The position numbers and the translations under genes are program-made. The notes below the pieces were generated by a model. That model saw nothing but the letters and a program-made list of their open reading frames with translations, did no database searches and was not told where the DNA came from. Below are positions 7,494-17,006 of a DNA stretch of 23,652 nucleotides, piece after piece; position 1 is the first letter of the stretch, and the number at the start of each line of letters is the position of its first letter. Where the stretch lies: NCBI GenBank assembly GCA_046331705.1, contig JAXLQJ010000002.1, positions 328,370 through 352,021 on the forward strand, written 5' to 3'. Source of the stretch: a bacterium. Its GTDB lineage: Bacteria; JADJOY01.

Positions 7494-10286
7494 ATGATCC
7501 GCGCGCTTCGTTCCCTCGCCGCCGTGGCTCTCACGAGCCTCGTGGCGGCGTGGGGCTGCGGCGGATCGGGCTCGCCTTCGTCGGTGGCGCGATCGGAGCG
7601 CGAGGTGCGCGCGGCGCTCGGCATTCCCGACGGCGCCGAGCGGGTGATGGTGGTGAGCCAGTCGTCGCACCTCGATCTCAACTTCCTCAACACCTACGAC
7701 GGGTACTACGACTCGAGCATCCAGGGGATCTTTCGGACCGCGCTCGACCTGCTCGGCGACGAGCCCGACTACCGCTACTCGATCGCGGAGATCGCGTGGC
7801 TGCGCCGCTACTGGGACGATCATCCCGGCGAGCGCGAGCGGATCCGCGCCGCGGCCGCGCGCGGGGCGCTGCGGATCGTCGGCGGTGGGCTCACGAGCCC
7901 GGACACGGTGCTGCCCACCGGCGAGTCGCTGATGCGCGATTGGCAGATGGGCATCGCCTGGGTGCGGGAGAATCTCGGAGTCCGGCCGATGACCGCGTGG
8001 CAGCCCGACAGTTTCGGGCATTCGGCGACGCTGCCGTCGCTGCTCGAGCAATTCGGCTTTCGCTCGGTGGGATTCTTTCGCGTGGACGGCGGAGCCTTTG
8101 GGCAGGTGACGGGGGGCAAGCCGGTGCCGATCGCGCCGGGATCGACGGCCGAGACGCTCGCCGACCTCGACACGGCGGACTACGTCTGGCGCGCGCCCGA
8201 TGGCGCCGAGGTGCTGGCGCGCTGGCTTCCCTACGGCTACGGGATGGGCGACGACCTCGATTTCTCGTTCCCGTGGTACGCGATCGCCGGATTCGGCATC
8301 AACTGGAACACGCCTGCGTTCACCGACGAGAGCGTGACCAACGAGCGTTTCGCGACCTACGTGGCGAGCCTGGAGCCGTATCGACGCACGCCGTACACGT
8401 TCCTGCCCGTGGGAATCGACTTCAGCTGGCCGAAGCCCAAGCTCCTCGACTACGTGCGCAGGTGGAACGCGGAGCGCTACCCGTCGACGGGTGTTTGGAT
8501 CGCCGCCGCCACGTTCGACGAGTACACGCGCCTGATCGAGGCGCACCGCCGCGAGCTGCCGGCGCTCGACCTGGACATCAATCCCTATTTCACCGGCTTC
8601 TACACGACCCACGCCGGGCTCAAGACCCGCCTGCGAGACGCGCACGGAACGCTCACCGACGCCGAGAAGATCGGTTCGATCGCGGGAACGGCGCGCGCTG
8701 CGGCGTATCCATTCGACGCGCTCGATTCGGGCTGGGACGGCTCGGCGTTCATGAACCACCACGACGCGATCACCGGCACCACCACGTCGACGTCGCTCGC
8801 CGTCGATCTCGACTCGTGGACCTCGCGGGCGGTGGGAGAAGGCGAGAAGGCGCTGGCGCAGTCGATGTTCGAGCTCGGCCAGGCGGTGGATACGTCGAGC
8901 CTCGGCGCTCCGCAGACGCTCGTGGTGGTGAATCCGTCGAGCTGGGAACGCAGCGAGGCGATCGAGGTCGAGGTGCCGTCGCCGGATCCACCGTTCCCAG
9001 GACCGTCGGTCGTGGATCCGGTCCTGGGCGTGCTGCCGACGGAGCTTCGCGAGGTCCGATTCGACGAGCATTTCGGGCTCACGTTCGCCCGCATCGCGTT
9101 TCCGTCTCCGCCCGTGCCGTCGCTCGGCCACCGCGCCCTCGGGCTGCGCTTCGACGACGCGCCCGGCGTCCCGCGCGCCGATCTCGGCGCCGCGGTCACG
9201 CTCACGGAGAGCGACGACGAGATCGTCCTTGCCAACGGCCGCGTCACGGCGGTGCTGCGCCGCGACGCGGGGTATTGCCTCACGTCGTTGCGCAGCGGCG
9301 ATTCCGGCGAGCTGCTCACCGGCCCGTCGAACGACGTCGTCACGTATCGCGACTGGGGCGGGGCGTATCGCCTCGCGAGCGAGGTCGGTCGGCCGTGGGG
9401 AGAGATCGCCACGAGCTGTAGCGCGAGCGCCCCTCCACAACTCGTCGTGCTCGAACGGGGCCCGGTGCGCGCCGCCGTGCGCCTCACCGGCGCCAACGAG
9501 CTCGGCCCGGTGGTGCGCGAGATCGGTCTCGGGGCCGGCAGCGATCGCCTGGAGCTCACCACCACGCTCGCGGCACCCGACTTCACCTCGGTGGTCGCGC
9601 GCTTTCGCACCCGCATGACGGGCGCGACGCTCACCACCAGCGTGCCCTTCGGCGAGATCGAGCGACCGCGTCACAAGCTCTTCGATCCCACGTACTGGCC
9701 GGTCACCGAGTGGGTCGATCTCGCCTCGCCGAGCGGCGTCGGCGGGCTGTGGCTGAGCGCGGGCGGAAGCCGCGGCATGAGCGCCAGCGAGGACGGCGTT
9801 CTCGACGTGATGCTCACGCGGAACGTCTTCTGGGACGCGCTCGGCCCGCCGGGTGACGATCGCAGCAGCTACGCGACCACGCTCGCGCTGGGCGCTCGCG
9901 GCGGTGGCGATTGGATCGCCGGCGCGAGCCACCGCCGCGGGATCGAAGCGCAAGCACCGTTCCGCGTGATCGTCGGCGAGGCCCACGCGGGACCGCTGCC
10001 CTCGAGCCTCGCGTCGGTGCTGGTCGATCGCCCGGACGTGGACGTGAGCACGCTCAAGCGCGCCTACGATCGCAGCGAGGACCTGGTGCTGCGGCTGATC
10101 CGGCACGGGAGCGCGGGCGGCTCGGTTCGGGTCCGGACCGCGTTCGCCGGATACACGGACGTGTGGGCGGTCGACGGGATGGAAGACCCCCTCGATGGCG
10201 TGGCGGTCGACGGGACCGCGCAGGATTTCACGGTCGACATGGATCGCACCATCCGCAGCCTGCGACTCAGGCGCGCGGGGAGCTGA
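7494..10286 (+). CDS. Glycoside hydrolase family 38 (alpha-mannosidase-like), predicted lipoprotein
   Basis: Motifs SHLDLNF (Zn HxD), WQPDSFGHS (nucleophile Asp) and HHDAITGT. ATG 7494 gives the signal peptide MIRALRSLAAVALTSLVAAWG|C with a lipobox-like Cys and a Gly/Ser linker. Confidence 0.9.
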   Translation: MIRALRSLAAVALTSLVAAWGCGGSGSPSSVARSEREVRAALGIPDGAERVMVVSQSSHLDLNFLNTYDGYYDSSIQGIFRTALDLLGDEPDYRYSIAEIAWLRRYWDDHPGERERIRAAAARGALRIVGGGLTSPDTVLPTGESLMRDWQMGIAWVRENLGVRPMTAWQPDSFGHSATLPSLLEQFGFRSVGFFRVDGGAFGQVTGGKPVPIAPGSTAETLADLDTADYVWRAPDGAEVLARWLPYGYGMGDDLDFSFPWYAIAGFGINWNTPAFTDESVTNERFATYVASLEPYRRTPYTFLPVGIDFSWPKPKLLDYVRRWNAERYPSTGVWIAAATFDEYTRLIEAHRRELPALDLDINPYFTGFYTTHAGLKTRLRDAHGTLTDAEKIGSIAGTARAAAYPFDALDSGWDGSAFMNHHDAITGTTTSTSLAVDLDSWTSRAVGEGEKALAQSMFELGQAVDTSSLGAPQTLVVVNPSSWERSEAIEVEVPSPDPPFPGPSVVDPVLGVLPTELREVRFDEHFGLTFARIAFPSPPVPSLGHRALGLRFDDAPGVPRADLGAAVTLTESDDEIVLANGRVTAVLRRDAGYCLTSLRSGDSGELLTGPSNDVVTYRDWGGAYRLASEVGRPWGEIATSCSASAPPQLVVLERGPVRAAVRLTGANELGPVVREIGLGAGSDRLELTTTLAAPDFTSVVARFRTRMTGATLTTSVPFGEIERPRHKLFDPTYWPVTEWVDLASPSGVGGLWLSAGGSRGMSASEDGVLDVMLTRNVFWDALGPPGDDRSSYATTLALGARGGGDWIAGASHRRGIEAQAPFRVIVGEAHAGPLPSSLASVLVDRPDVDVSTLKRAYDRSEDLVLRLIRHGSAGGSVRVRTAFAGYTDVWAVDGMEDPLDGVAVDGTAQDFTVDMDRTIRSLRLRRAGS

Positions 10287-10299
10287 GGAAGGACGGGGA

Positions 10300-12753
10300 A
10301 TGAGCCGAGGAGCGCTCGCAGGGATTCGCGTCGTCGAGTTGGGGGAAGGTGTTTCCGCGGCGTTCTGCGCGCGGCTCTTCGCCGATTACGGCGCGGACGT
10401 GATCAAGATCGAGCCGCCGGGGCGCGGTGACGGGACGCGCACCTGGGGCCCGTTTCCAGCGGACGAGCCGCATCCGGAGCGAAGCGGCACGTTCTTCTTC
10501 CTCAACAACGGAAAGCGCAGCGTCGCGCTCGATCTGGGCTCGGCGGCGGATCGCGAGCGGCTGCTGGCCCTCGTCCGCGACGCCGACGTGGTGATCGAGA
10601 ACCTGGCACCGGGTGCGTTGGGTGCGCTCGGCCTCGATCACCCGCGGCTCGCCGCGCTCAACCCGCGGCTGGTGACGATCTCGATCACGCCGTTCGGTCA
10701 GAGCGGGCCGTACGCGGGGTGGAAGGGGCTCGACCTCAACGCCTACCACCTCTCGGGAGCCAGCCATCGCTACTGCGGACGGCCCGGGGAAGCGCCGCTC
10801 GAGCACGGCACGTTCGCCGCGGATTTCTTCGGCGCCATGACCGCGGCGTCGTGGGGGCTCGCGGCGGTGATGGGGCGCGAGCGCGCGGGTGGAGGACAGC
10901 ACCTCGACGTGTCGAGCGCCGAGGCCATCGCCGCCGCGTTCGTGGGCGGCCAGAACATCGGCGGCTATGCGCAAGACGGGAAATGGGAGCGGCGCACGGG
11001 TGTCGGCATGCCGCTCGGCGCCCCCGCGACGATCCTGCCGTGCGCCGACGGGCACGTGTGGATGCTGGCGCTCGAGCCGGGCCAGTGGAACGGCTTGGTG
11101 AAGGTCATGGGCGAGCCCGAGTGGGCGCAGCTCGACATGTTCCAGGACATGTTCCAACGCGCCCAGAATGCCGACGTGATCTATCCGTTCATCGACGAGT
11201 GGCTCGCGGACAAATCGAAGTTCGACGTGATGGAGCGCTGCCAGGCGGCGGGCGTGCCCGTGACCGCGGTCTTCCTCGTGGGGGAGGCCGCCGAGCAAGC
11301 GCACCTGAAGGCGCGTGGTTATCTGGTCGAGGTCGAGCACCCCGACCTCGGGCGCGTGCGAACGCTCGGCGCGCCCTTCAAGCTGCCGGCGAGCCCGGGT
11401 GGACCGAGCCGGCCGGCGCCGCGCCTCGGCCAGCACACCGGCGAGATCCTCGGATCCAGCGCTGCGATCGCCGCGGACGCGGCTGCGACCCCGCTCGCCG
11501 CATCGTCGAGTGCCGGTGCTACGACGAGTGGACTCACTGCCGAGCTGCCACTCTCCGGCATCCGCGTCGCGAACTTCGGCTGGGTCTGGGCGGGACCCGT
11601 GGTCGGACAAACCCTCGGCTTCCTGGGCGCCGACGTGCTCAAGATCGAATCGCGCGCCCGCATCGACATGACGCGCCAGCTTCCACCCTTCGGCGAGGGC
11701 ATCCGCGATCCCAACCGCAGCCTCTCGAATCACGCGTGCTGGGCGGGCCAGGGAAGCGTCACGCTCAACCTCAAGAAGCCCGAGGCGCGGCAGCTCGCGC
11801 TGGACCTCATCGCCACCTGCGACGTGGTGGTCGAGAACTTCGGCCCTGGCGTCATGAACGAGCTCGACCTCGGCTACGAGACCCTGCGCACGGTCCGTCC
11901 CGATCTGGTGATGTTCTCGATGCCCGCCGCGGGCCTCACCGGGCCGCTCAAGGACATCCGCACGTACGGGCTGAGCCTCACCAGCACCACCGGGCTCGAC
12001 AGTCTCGTGGGTTACCTCGGCGGGCCGCCCATTCCCGTCGAGAACGCGTTCTCCGATCCGCTCAACGGCATCTTCGGCGCGTTCGCGATTCTCACGGCAC
12101 TTCATCACCGGGACGCCACCGGCGAGGGCCAGCACATCGATTACTCGCAGCAAGAGGCGGTGATGCAGCTCGTCGGTCCTGCGTTCATGGACTGGGAGCT
12201 CAACCGCCGCGAGGGCGGCCCGCTCGGCAATCGGCACCCACGTGCGATGGCGGCGCCGCACGGGGTCTTTCCTTGCGCGGGCGACGACCACTGGATCGCC
12301 ATCGCGTGCGAGGACGACGGTGCGTGGAAGGCGCTGGTCACGGCGATGGGCTCGCCAACGTGGGCGACGACCCGTGATCTCGCGTCACTCGCGGGCCGGC
12401 TCGCCGCGCTGGAGACGCTGCACGAGGGCATCGCCACGTGGACACGCACGCAGGAGCACCGCGAGCTCGCGAACGCGCTGCAAGCGCAGGGCGTGGCCGC
12501 GACACCGGTGCTGAGCGTCGCCGATCTGCTTCACGATCCCCACCTGAAGGCGCGCGGAACGTTCGTGAACGTCGTCCATCCGCTCGGCTTCGAGGAGACC
12601 ATCTACGGCGGCTACGTGAAGATGAGCCGCACTCCAGCAGCGGTCCGCACCGGCCCCATGCTCGGCCAGGACAACGACCGCGTGTTCCGCGAGATTCTTG
12701 GGCTCACGGAAGAGCGCTATCGCGCCCTGGTCGAGAGTCAGGTCATCTTCTGA
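10300..12753 (+). CDS. Double-domain CoA-transferase family III (tandem CaiB/BaiF)
   Basis: LAGIRVVEL...NNGKRS...FAAD and LSGIRVANFGWVWAGP...AFSD, joined by an Ala/Ser-rich linker. ATG 10300 follows a purine-rich RBS, 13 bp after the GH38 stop. Confidence 0.95.
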   Translation: MSRGALAGIRVVELGEGVSAAFCARLFADYGADVIKIEPPGRGDGTRTWGPFPADEPHPERSGTFFFLNNGKRSVALDLGSAADRERLLALVRDADVVIENLAPGALGALGLDHPRLAALNPRLVTISITPFGQSGPYAGWKGLDLNAYHLSGASHRYCGRPGEAPLEHGTFAADFFGAMTAASWGLAAVMGRERAGGGQHLDVSSAEAIAAAFVGGQNIGGYAQDGKWERRTGVGMPLGAPATILPCADGHVWMLALEPGQWNGLVKVMGEPEWAQLDMFQDMFQRAQNADVIYPFIDEWLADKSKFDVMERCQAAGVPVTAVFLVGEAAEQAHLKARGYLVEVEHPDLGRVRTLGAPFKLPASPGGPSRPAPRLGQHTGEILGSSAAIAADAAATPLAASSSAGATTSGLTAELPLSGIRVANFGWVWAGPVVGQTLGFLGADVLKIESRARIDMTRQLPPFGEGIRDPNRSLSNHACWAGQGSVTLNLKKPEARQLALDLIATCDVVVENFGPGVMNELDLGYETLRTVRPDLVMFSMPAAGLTGPLKDIRTYGLSLTSTTGLDSLVGYLGGPPIPVENAFSDPLNGIFGAFAILTALHHRDATGEGQHIDYSQQEAVMQLVGPAFMDWELNRREGGPLGNRHPRAMAAPHGVFPCAGDDHWIAIACEDDGAWKALVTAMGSPTWATTRDLASLAGRLAALETLHEGIATWTRTQEHRELANALQAQGVAATPVLSVADLLHDPHLKARGTFVNVVHPLGFEETIYGGYVKMSRTPAAVRTGPMLGQDNDRVFREILGLTEERYRALVESQVIF

Positions 12754-12792
12754 TTCGGACGCTCGGGGCACCTGCCGCACCCGAACGACGAG

Positions 12793-14532
12793 GTGATCGT
12801 GGAAGCCGGTGACAATCCCTGGGAGCGCGAGCTGGTCGACGCCTTCGAGGCGGGCATTCGTGCCGCCTGGGAGAAGGTGAGCAGCCACCCGTCTGCGCGA
12901 GATCCGTATCTGTTTCGCGTGCAGTTCTCGGGCACGTGGCCGGGCTATTTCACGGCGAACCTGCTCGCACCACATCTTCTCGGCGAGGTCGCGCGGGCCC
13001 GGGCGCGTTCGGGCCGCGTGCCCCTCGAGCTCGCCACCGAAGCGGCGCGATGGTCGACCTACTGGGATGAGAGGTTCTCCGCCCACCACGAGCTGGACGA
13101 GGCCAATCGGCTCGTCCGGGAGCACGCCGAGGCCGAGGCGGAGGCGCGCGATCGGGAAGCCGCGGACGACGAGCTGGAAGGGGACGAGGAGGAGGAAGAG
13201 GACGAGCCGTTCCACGAATCCGGATTGCCGGCGGGGGAGGCGCGGTTTCTGGCATGCGCCGCGGAGTCGCTGGCGCGCCTCGACCGCGCGGGGCTCTTCG
13301 GCGAGCCGGCGTCACGGAGCCTCGTTCTCGAGGCCAGCAGTGCGGATCGCTCGGTCGAGCACCGGATCTGGTGGGTGCGCCGCTCGAACTCCTCCGAGTC
13401 GACGAAGGGGTTCGAGCGCAGCGTGAAGAGCGCGGAGCAGCTCGAGCGCCTGCGCCACTCGGCGCGCGCGGACCTCGACAACGACGTGTGGGGGAACGCC
13501 GATTCGTTGCGTTCCGGCGAGCGCTTGAGCGACGCCGACGCCACGATCCGGCTCGTCACCGCGTGGTGCATGGGTGAGATCCACGCGCTGGATCCCGTCG
13601 GCGAAGCACGGCTCCTGGAGACGGTGAACGATCGCGATCGGCGCGTGGCCGCCGCCGCTGCGGCGGCGTGCCTGGCGCGCAGGATCGGCCGCGCGCCGGA
13701 CCAGCTCGCGCGCTTGCTGCACGATGCGCTCGGTGACGGCGATCGCGAGCTGCGATCGAGCGTCGTGTGGATGCTGGCCGCCACCCGGCCGATCCCGCTC
13801 ATCCCCGCCGAGCGTTGTGTGGAGCTGGCGCTTTCGGGCGACGCGGCGCTGCGTGACGGCGCGATTCTGGCGCTCCTGTGTCATCCACGCGTGCCGTCCG
13901 CGGCGGTCGAAGCGCGTGTGCGTGAGCTGGCGGAGAGCGCCGACGAGCCGCTCGCCGCGCTGGCGGTGGGCATCGCGGCAGCAGGCGAGGGCCACGGAGG
14001 TCCCCATCTGGAACGGCTTCGGGCTGCGGCCTATGGAAGCCTGGGTGAGATCAGCCGCCAGGCACCGTGGATCTTGGCGCAGCTCGCTCGTCACTCGGCG
14101 GCTGCGCTCGACGTGTACCTGGGGCTAGCGGCGTCCGGTAAGCGTCCTGGCTCCGATGGGGACGTCGCGTCGGTGACCGACCGCCGGGCCGGGGCGGCGG
14201 AATGGGTGGCGGCGCGGATCTTCGATGCGCGTGCGATCGCCGAGCTCGGCGATCTCGATCGGGTGGCCCAGCGCCTCGCGGCGCCGGCCGATGAAGCGTC
14301 CGTTCGCGCCACGGCCTTGCTGCTCGGCTCGCCGAACGTCAGCGTGCGACGTGCGGCGGCCCACAATCTCGCCCGTTCCCTTCACGATCCCTCGTCGGCT
14401 CGCGAGGCACTCGCGAACGCGCTGCTGGACACCGACGGCAGCGTTCAGTCGTGGGCGGGGAAGGCGCTGGCTCGGGTCAGCGTGCCGAGTCCACCGCAGC
14501 GGCGGTGGTGGGATCGACTCCGGCGGCATTGA
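12793..14532 (+). CDS. Hypothetical protein: DUF4303-like N-terminal domain, acidic insert and HEAT/PBS-lyase-like repeats
   Basis: RWSTYWD...LARLDRAGLFG...WVRRSNS recalls DUF4303 (from memory, unverified). Repeated units such as DRDRRVAAAAA, DGDRELRSSVV, SPNVSVRRAAAHNL and DTDGSVQSWAGKAL look HEAT-like. Alternative start GTG 12799 follows GAGGTGAT. Confidence 0.65.
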   Translation: MIVEAGDNPWERELVDAFEAGIRAAWEKVSSHPSARDPYLFRVQFSGTWPGYFTANLLAPHLLGEVARARARSGRVPLELATEAARWSTYWDERFSAHHELDEANRLVREHAEAEAEARDREAADDELEGDEEEEEDEPFHESGLPAGEARFLACAAESLARLDRAGLFGEPASRSLVLEASSADRSVEHRIWWVRRSNSSESTKGFERSVKSAEQLERLRHSARADLDNDVWGNADSLRSGERLSDADATIRLVTAWCMGEIHALDPVGEARLLETVNDRDRRVAAAAAAACLARRIGRAPDQLARLLHDALGDGDRELRSSVVWMLAATRPIPLIPAERCVELALSGDAALRDGAILALLCHPRVPSAAVEARVRELAESADEPLAALAVGIAAAGEGHGGPHLERLRAAAYGSLGEISRQAPWILAQLARHSAAALDVYLGLAASGKRPGSDGDVASVTDRRAGAAEWVAARIFDARAIAELGDLDRVAQRLAAPADEASVRATALLLGSPNVSVRRAAAHNLARSLHDPSSAREALANALLDTDGSVQSWAGKALARVSVPSPPQRRWWDRLRRH

Positions 14533-14575
14533 GCGCGGTCCGGCGTCACGCGCGCCGCCGCGCGCTCATCCGGCG

Positions 14576-15559
14576 TCACCGGCCTCGGCGCCCACGCCGC
14601 TCTCGGGCTCGGGGATGTCGTTCGGCTCGCGTCGCACGCGGCTCCACGTCCTGTGCTGCGTAGGCGGCTTTGGCGGTCTCGGCGAGGGTGCGCAGCGCGG
14701 CGCCGAGCGGCGAGCGCTTCCGCCACACCAGCGCGACCGTGCGCTTGGGGACGGGCTCGGCGAGAGGTCGCAACGCGAGTGTGGCGCGCTTGGTCTCCGT
14801 GGGCAGCGCGAGCCGCGGCAGCAGCGTGACACCGGCGCCGCTCGCCACCATCTGGGCCAACGTCGACAGGCTCGTGGCGCGGAACGCGAGCTCGTGGATG
14901 CGCGTGCGCGAGCAATACGCCAGCGCTTGATCACGGAAGCAATGACCGTCGTCCAGCAGCAGCACGTCCGCTTCACGCAGATCGGCCGCCGTTGCGGGTG
15001 CCGTCGTCGAGACCAGGGGATGGCCCGGTGACGCCGCGAGCACGAACGGGTCCTCCCCGACGCGTGCGTGCTCCACGTCGCCGATGTCGGCCTCGAGCGC
15101 CATCAGCGCGGCCTCGAGGCTGCCGGCGTCGAGCTTGGCGAGCAGCGAGTCGGTCTTGTCCTCGGCCCACATCACGGTGAGTCGCGGGTGAGCGGCTCGC
15201 AGCGCTCTCGCGAGCCTGGGCAGGAGGTAGGGCGAGACCGTCGGGATGACGCCGATCCGAAGCGTGCCGGCGAGCGGATCGCTCGAGCGCCGCGCGCACG
15301 CCAAGAGATCGTCGGTCTCCCGCAGGATCGTGCGAGCGCGCTCGAGGATCTCGCGCGCGGGCTCGGTCACGAGCACGCGCCGCCGGTCGCGCTCGAAGAG
15401 CCGAATGCCGATGGCGCGCTCGAGCTCGGCGAGCTGGGCGCTCAACGACGGCTGCGAGACGTGGCAGCGCTCGGCGGCCTTCCGGAAGCTCAGCGTCTCC
15501 GCCACGGCGACCGCGTACTGGAGCTGACGCAGCGTGAAGGGATGCGTGCCGAAGCTCAT
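14576..15559 (-). CDS. oxyR: LysR-family hydrogen peroxide sensor OxyR
   Basis: LysR HTH (TLRQLQY...SQPSLSAQLAELE). LLDDGHCFRDQALAYC carries both redox Cys (C-x8-C, as in C199/C208), followed by RATSLSTLAQMVASGAGVTLLP. Start ATG 15559; the ORF-track extension overlaps the GGDEF gene. Confidence 0.88.
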   Translation of the reverse strand: MSFGTHPFTLRQLQYAVAVAETLSFRKAAERCHVSQPSLSAQLAELERAIGIRLFERDRRRVLVTEPAREILERARTILRETDDLLACARRSSDPLAGTLRIGVIPTVSPYLLPRLARALRAAHPRLTVMWAEDKTDSLLAKLDAGSLEAALMALEADIGDVEHARVGEDPFVLAASPGHPLVSTTAPATAADLREADVLLLDDGHCFRDQALAYCSRTRIHELAFRATSLSTLAQMVASGAGVTLLPRLALPTETKRATLALRPLAEPVPKRTVALVWRKRSPLGAALRTLAETAKAAYAAQDVEPRATRAERHPRARERRGRRGR

Positions 15560-15608
15560 CGCGGCGGGATCGCGCGGCACGCGCACGGCGGATGGCGCGC
15601 GCAGCTCG

Positions 15609-16889
15609 TCACTGGGGCAGCGTCGCCGTTCCCGGATCGTAGGCGGAGAATCGATCGCGGCCAGCGCGCTTGGCTGCGTAGAGCGCCTTGTCGGCATGAC
15701 CCACGAGCGTCGCGGTGTCGCGATCGCTGGCGCTGCGTGCCGTGGCGCCGATGCTGATCGTGTAGGACGCGGCGAGATCCTCCTGCCGGTCGCGGGCCGC
15801 GGCCACGGCCGCGCGGATGCGCTCGGCGACGTCGCGCGCGCCGGCCACGTCGTTCTCGGGTAGGAGCACCGCGAACTCGTCGCCACCCAGACGGCCCGCC
15901 ACGTCACTGCGGCGCAGCACACCGCTCAGGACGCCGCCCAGGTGGACGATGGCGCGGTCGCCGACGGCGTGTCCGTAGGTGTCGTTGATCGCCTTGAATC
16001 GGTCGATGTCGAGGACCAGGATCGCCAGCGGCCGCTGGTAGCGCACGGCTCGGTCCAGCTCGCGATCGACGGCTTCCAGGAACGCCGCACGATTGAGCAG
16101 GCCGGTGAGCGCGTCGGTGGTGGCGAGACGCTCGAGCGCGCGGCCACGAAGGAAGTGGCTTCGCACCAGGCGATAGATCAGCTCGCCGATGCCGAAGTTG
16201 TAGAGCGCGGACATGAAGGTGGTGGCACTGAAGGTGCCGAGGTGCGGATGGTGCAGGTACTCGGGGTTCGCGGTGAGGTACGCCGCCGTGACCGAGGCCA
16301 CCACCGCGAGCACCAGCAGCGCACGCGAGCGCCATTCGAGGAGCGCGCAGAGCGTGAACGCCGGCAGCACGATCGTCTCGTGGATCCACGGCGAGTCGGC
16401 GCCCCCCGCGCGCCCGAACCAATAGACGCTGGTCGCGCACAGGCTCACCAGCACCAGGCCGTAAGCGTGGGCGCCGAAGCGCGTGCGCGCGGCCCGTCCG
16501 AGGAAGACGTACGCGACGGCGGCGAGCGCCACGAAGCCGATGCGCCACTGCTGCAGCCAGGTTCGGATCTCCGGCTCGTCGCGAAAGAAGACCCAGTCGG
16601 TTGGGCCGATCGCGATCGCCAGGCCCGCGGAGAAGACGAGCAGCACCTGCCCGAAGCGGGCGGTGCCTTCGCTGGCGTAGCGAAGAAACGCGGCGCGATC
16701 GTCGGGCTGGCTCGGCGGCTCGGTGCCGACGAGCCCGGCGATGCGCTCACGCCAGCGCGCCGCGGCGCCGCGCAGGCTCTGCGCGGCCGCCCGCAGTGAA
16801 CGCTCGAGCCCACGATGCTCGACTCGCCCGAGCGCGCTCGAGGCCGTGCGTTCGGAACGCGCACCCAGCGTTTCGGCCCGCCCGGTCAT
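15609..16889 (-). CDS. Membrane-bound diguanylate cyclase (multi-TM plus GGDEF)
   Basis: Motifs TDALTGLLNR, DIDRFKAINDTYGHAVGD and RRSD-VAGRL-GGDEF (intact A-site and RxxD I-site). About 5-6 hydrophobic segments lie upstream. The start is uncertain. Confidence 0.92.
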   Translation of the reverse strand: MTGRAETLGARSERTASSALGRVEHRGLERSLRAAAQSLRGAAARWRERIAGLVGTEPPSQPDDRAAFLRYASEGTARFGQVLLVFSAGLAIAIGPTDWVFFRDEPEIRTWLQQWRIGFVALAAVAYVFLGRAARTRFGAHAYGLVLVSLCATSVYWFGRAGGADSPWIHETIVLPAFTLCALLEWRSRALLVLAVVASVTAAYLTANPEYLHHPHLGTFSATTFMSALYNFGIGELIYRLVRSHFLRGRALERLATTDALTGLLNRAAFLEAVDRELDRAVRYQRPLAILVLDIDRFKAINDTYGHAVGDRAIVHLGGVLSGVLRRSDVAGRLGGDEFAVLLPENDVAGARDVAERIRAAVAAARDRQEDLAASYTISIGATARSASDRDTATLVGHADKALYAAKRAGRDRFSAYDPGTATLPQ

Positions 16890-16957
16890 GGCCGCCGATC
16901 CTATCGAAATCCCGGGCGGGACGGTACGGGCAAGCGCCCGAATCGCTGGGGGGACGG

Positions 16958-17002
16958 CGCGCGATGGCGCCATCGCGCGAACCCGCCCGCCGCCCCGGCG
17001 GG
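16958..17002 (-). terminator. Tandem GC-rich hairpins just after the enoyl-CoA hydratase stop
   Basis: CCCGCCG-CCC-CGGCGGG (16986-17002) and a perfect 22-bp palindrome CGCGCGATGGCGCCATCGCGCG (16958-16979). There is no U-tract. Confidence 0.4.
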
Positions 17003-17006
17003 GGAA

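Noticed and set aside
14531..14579. Direct repeat TCCGGCGTCAC (two copies) and a loose GC hairpin between convergent genes
   Set aside because: It is too short and GC-rich to distinguish from chance, has no U-tract and is unrelated to the REP-like family.
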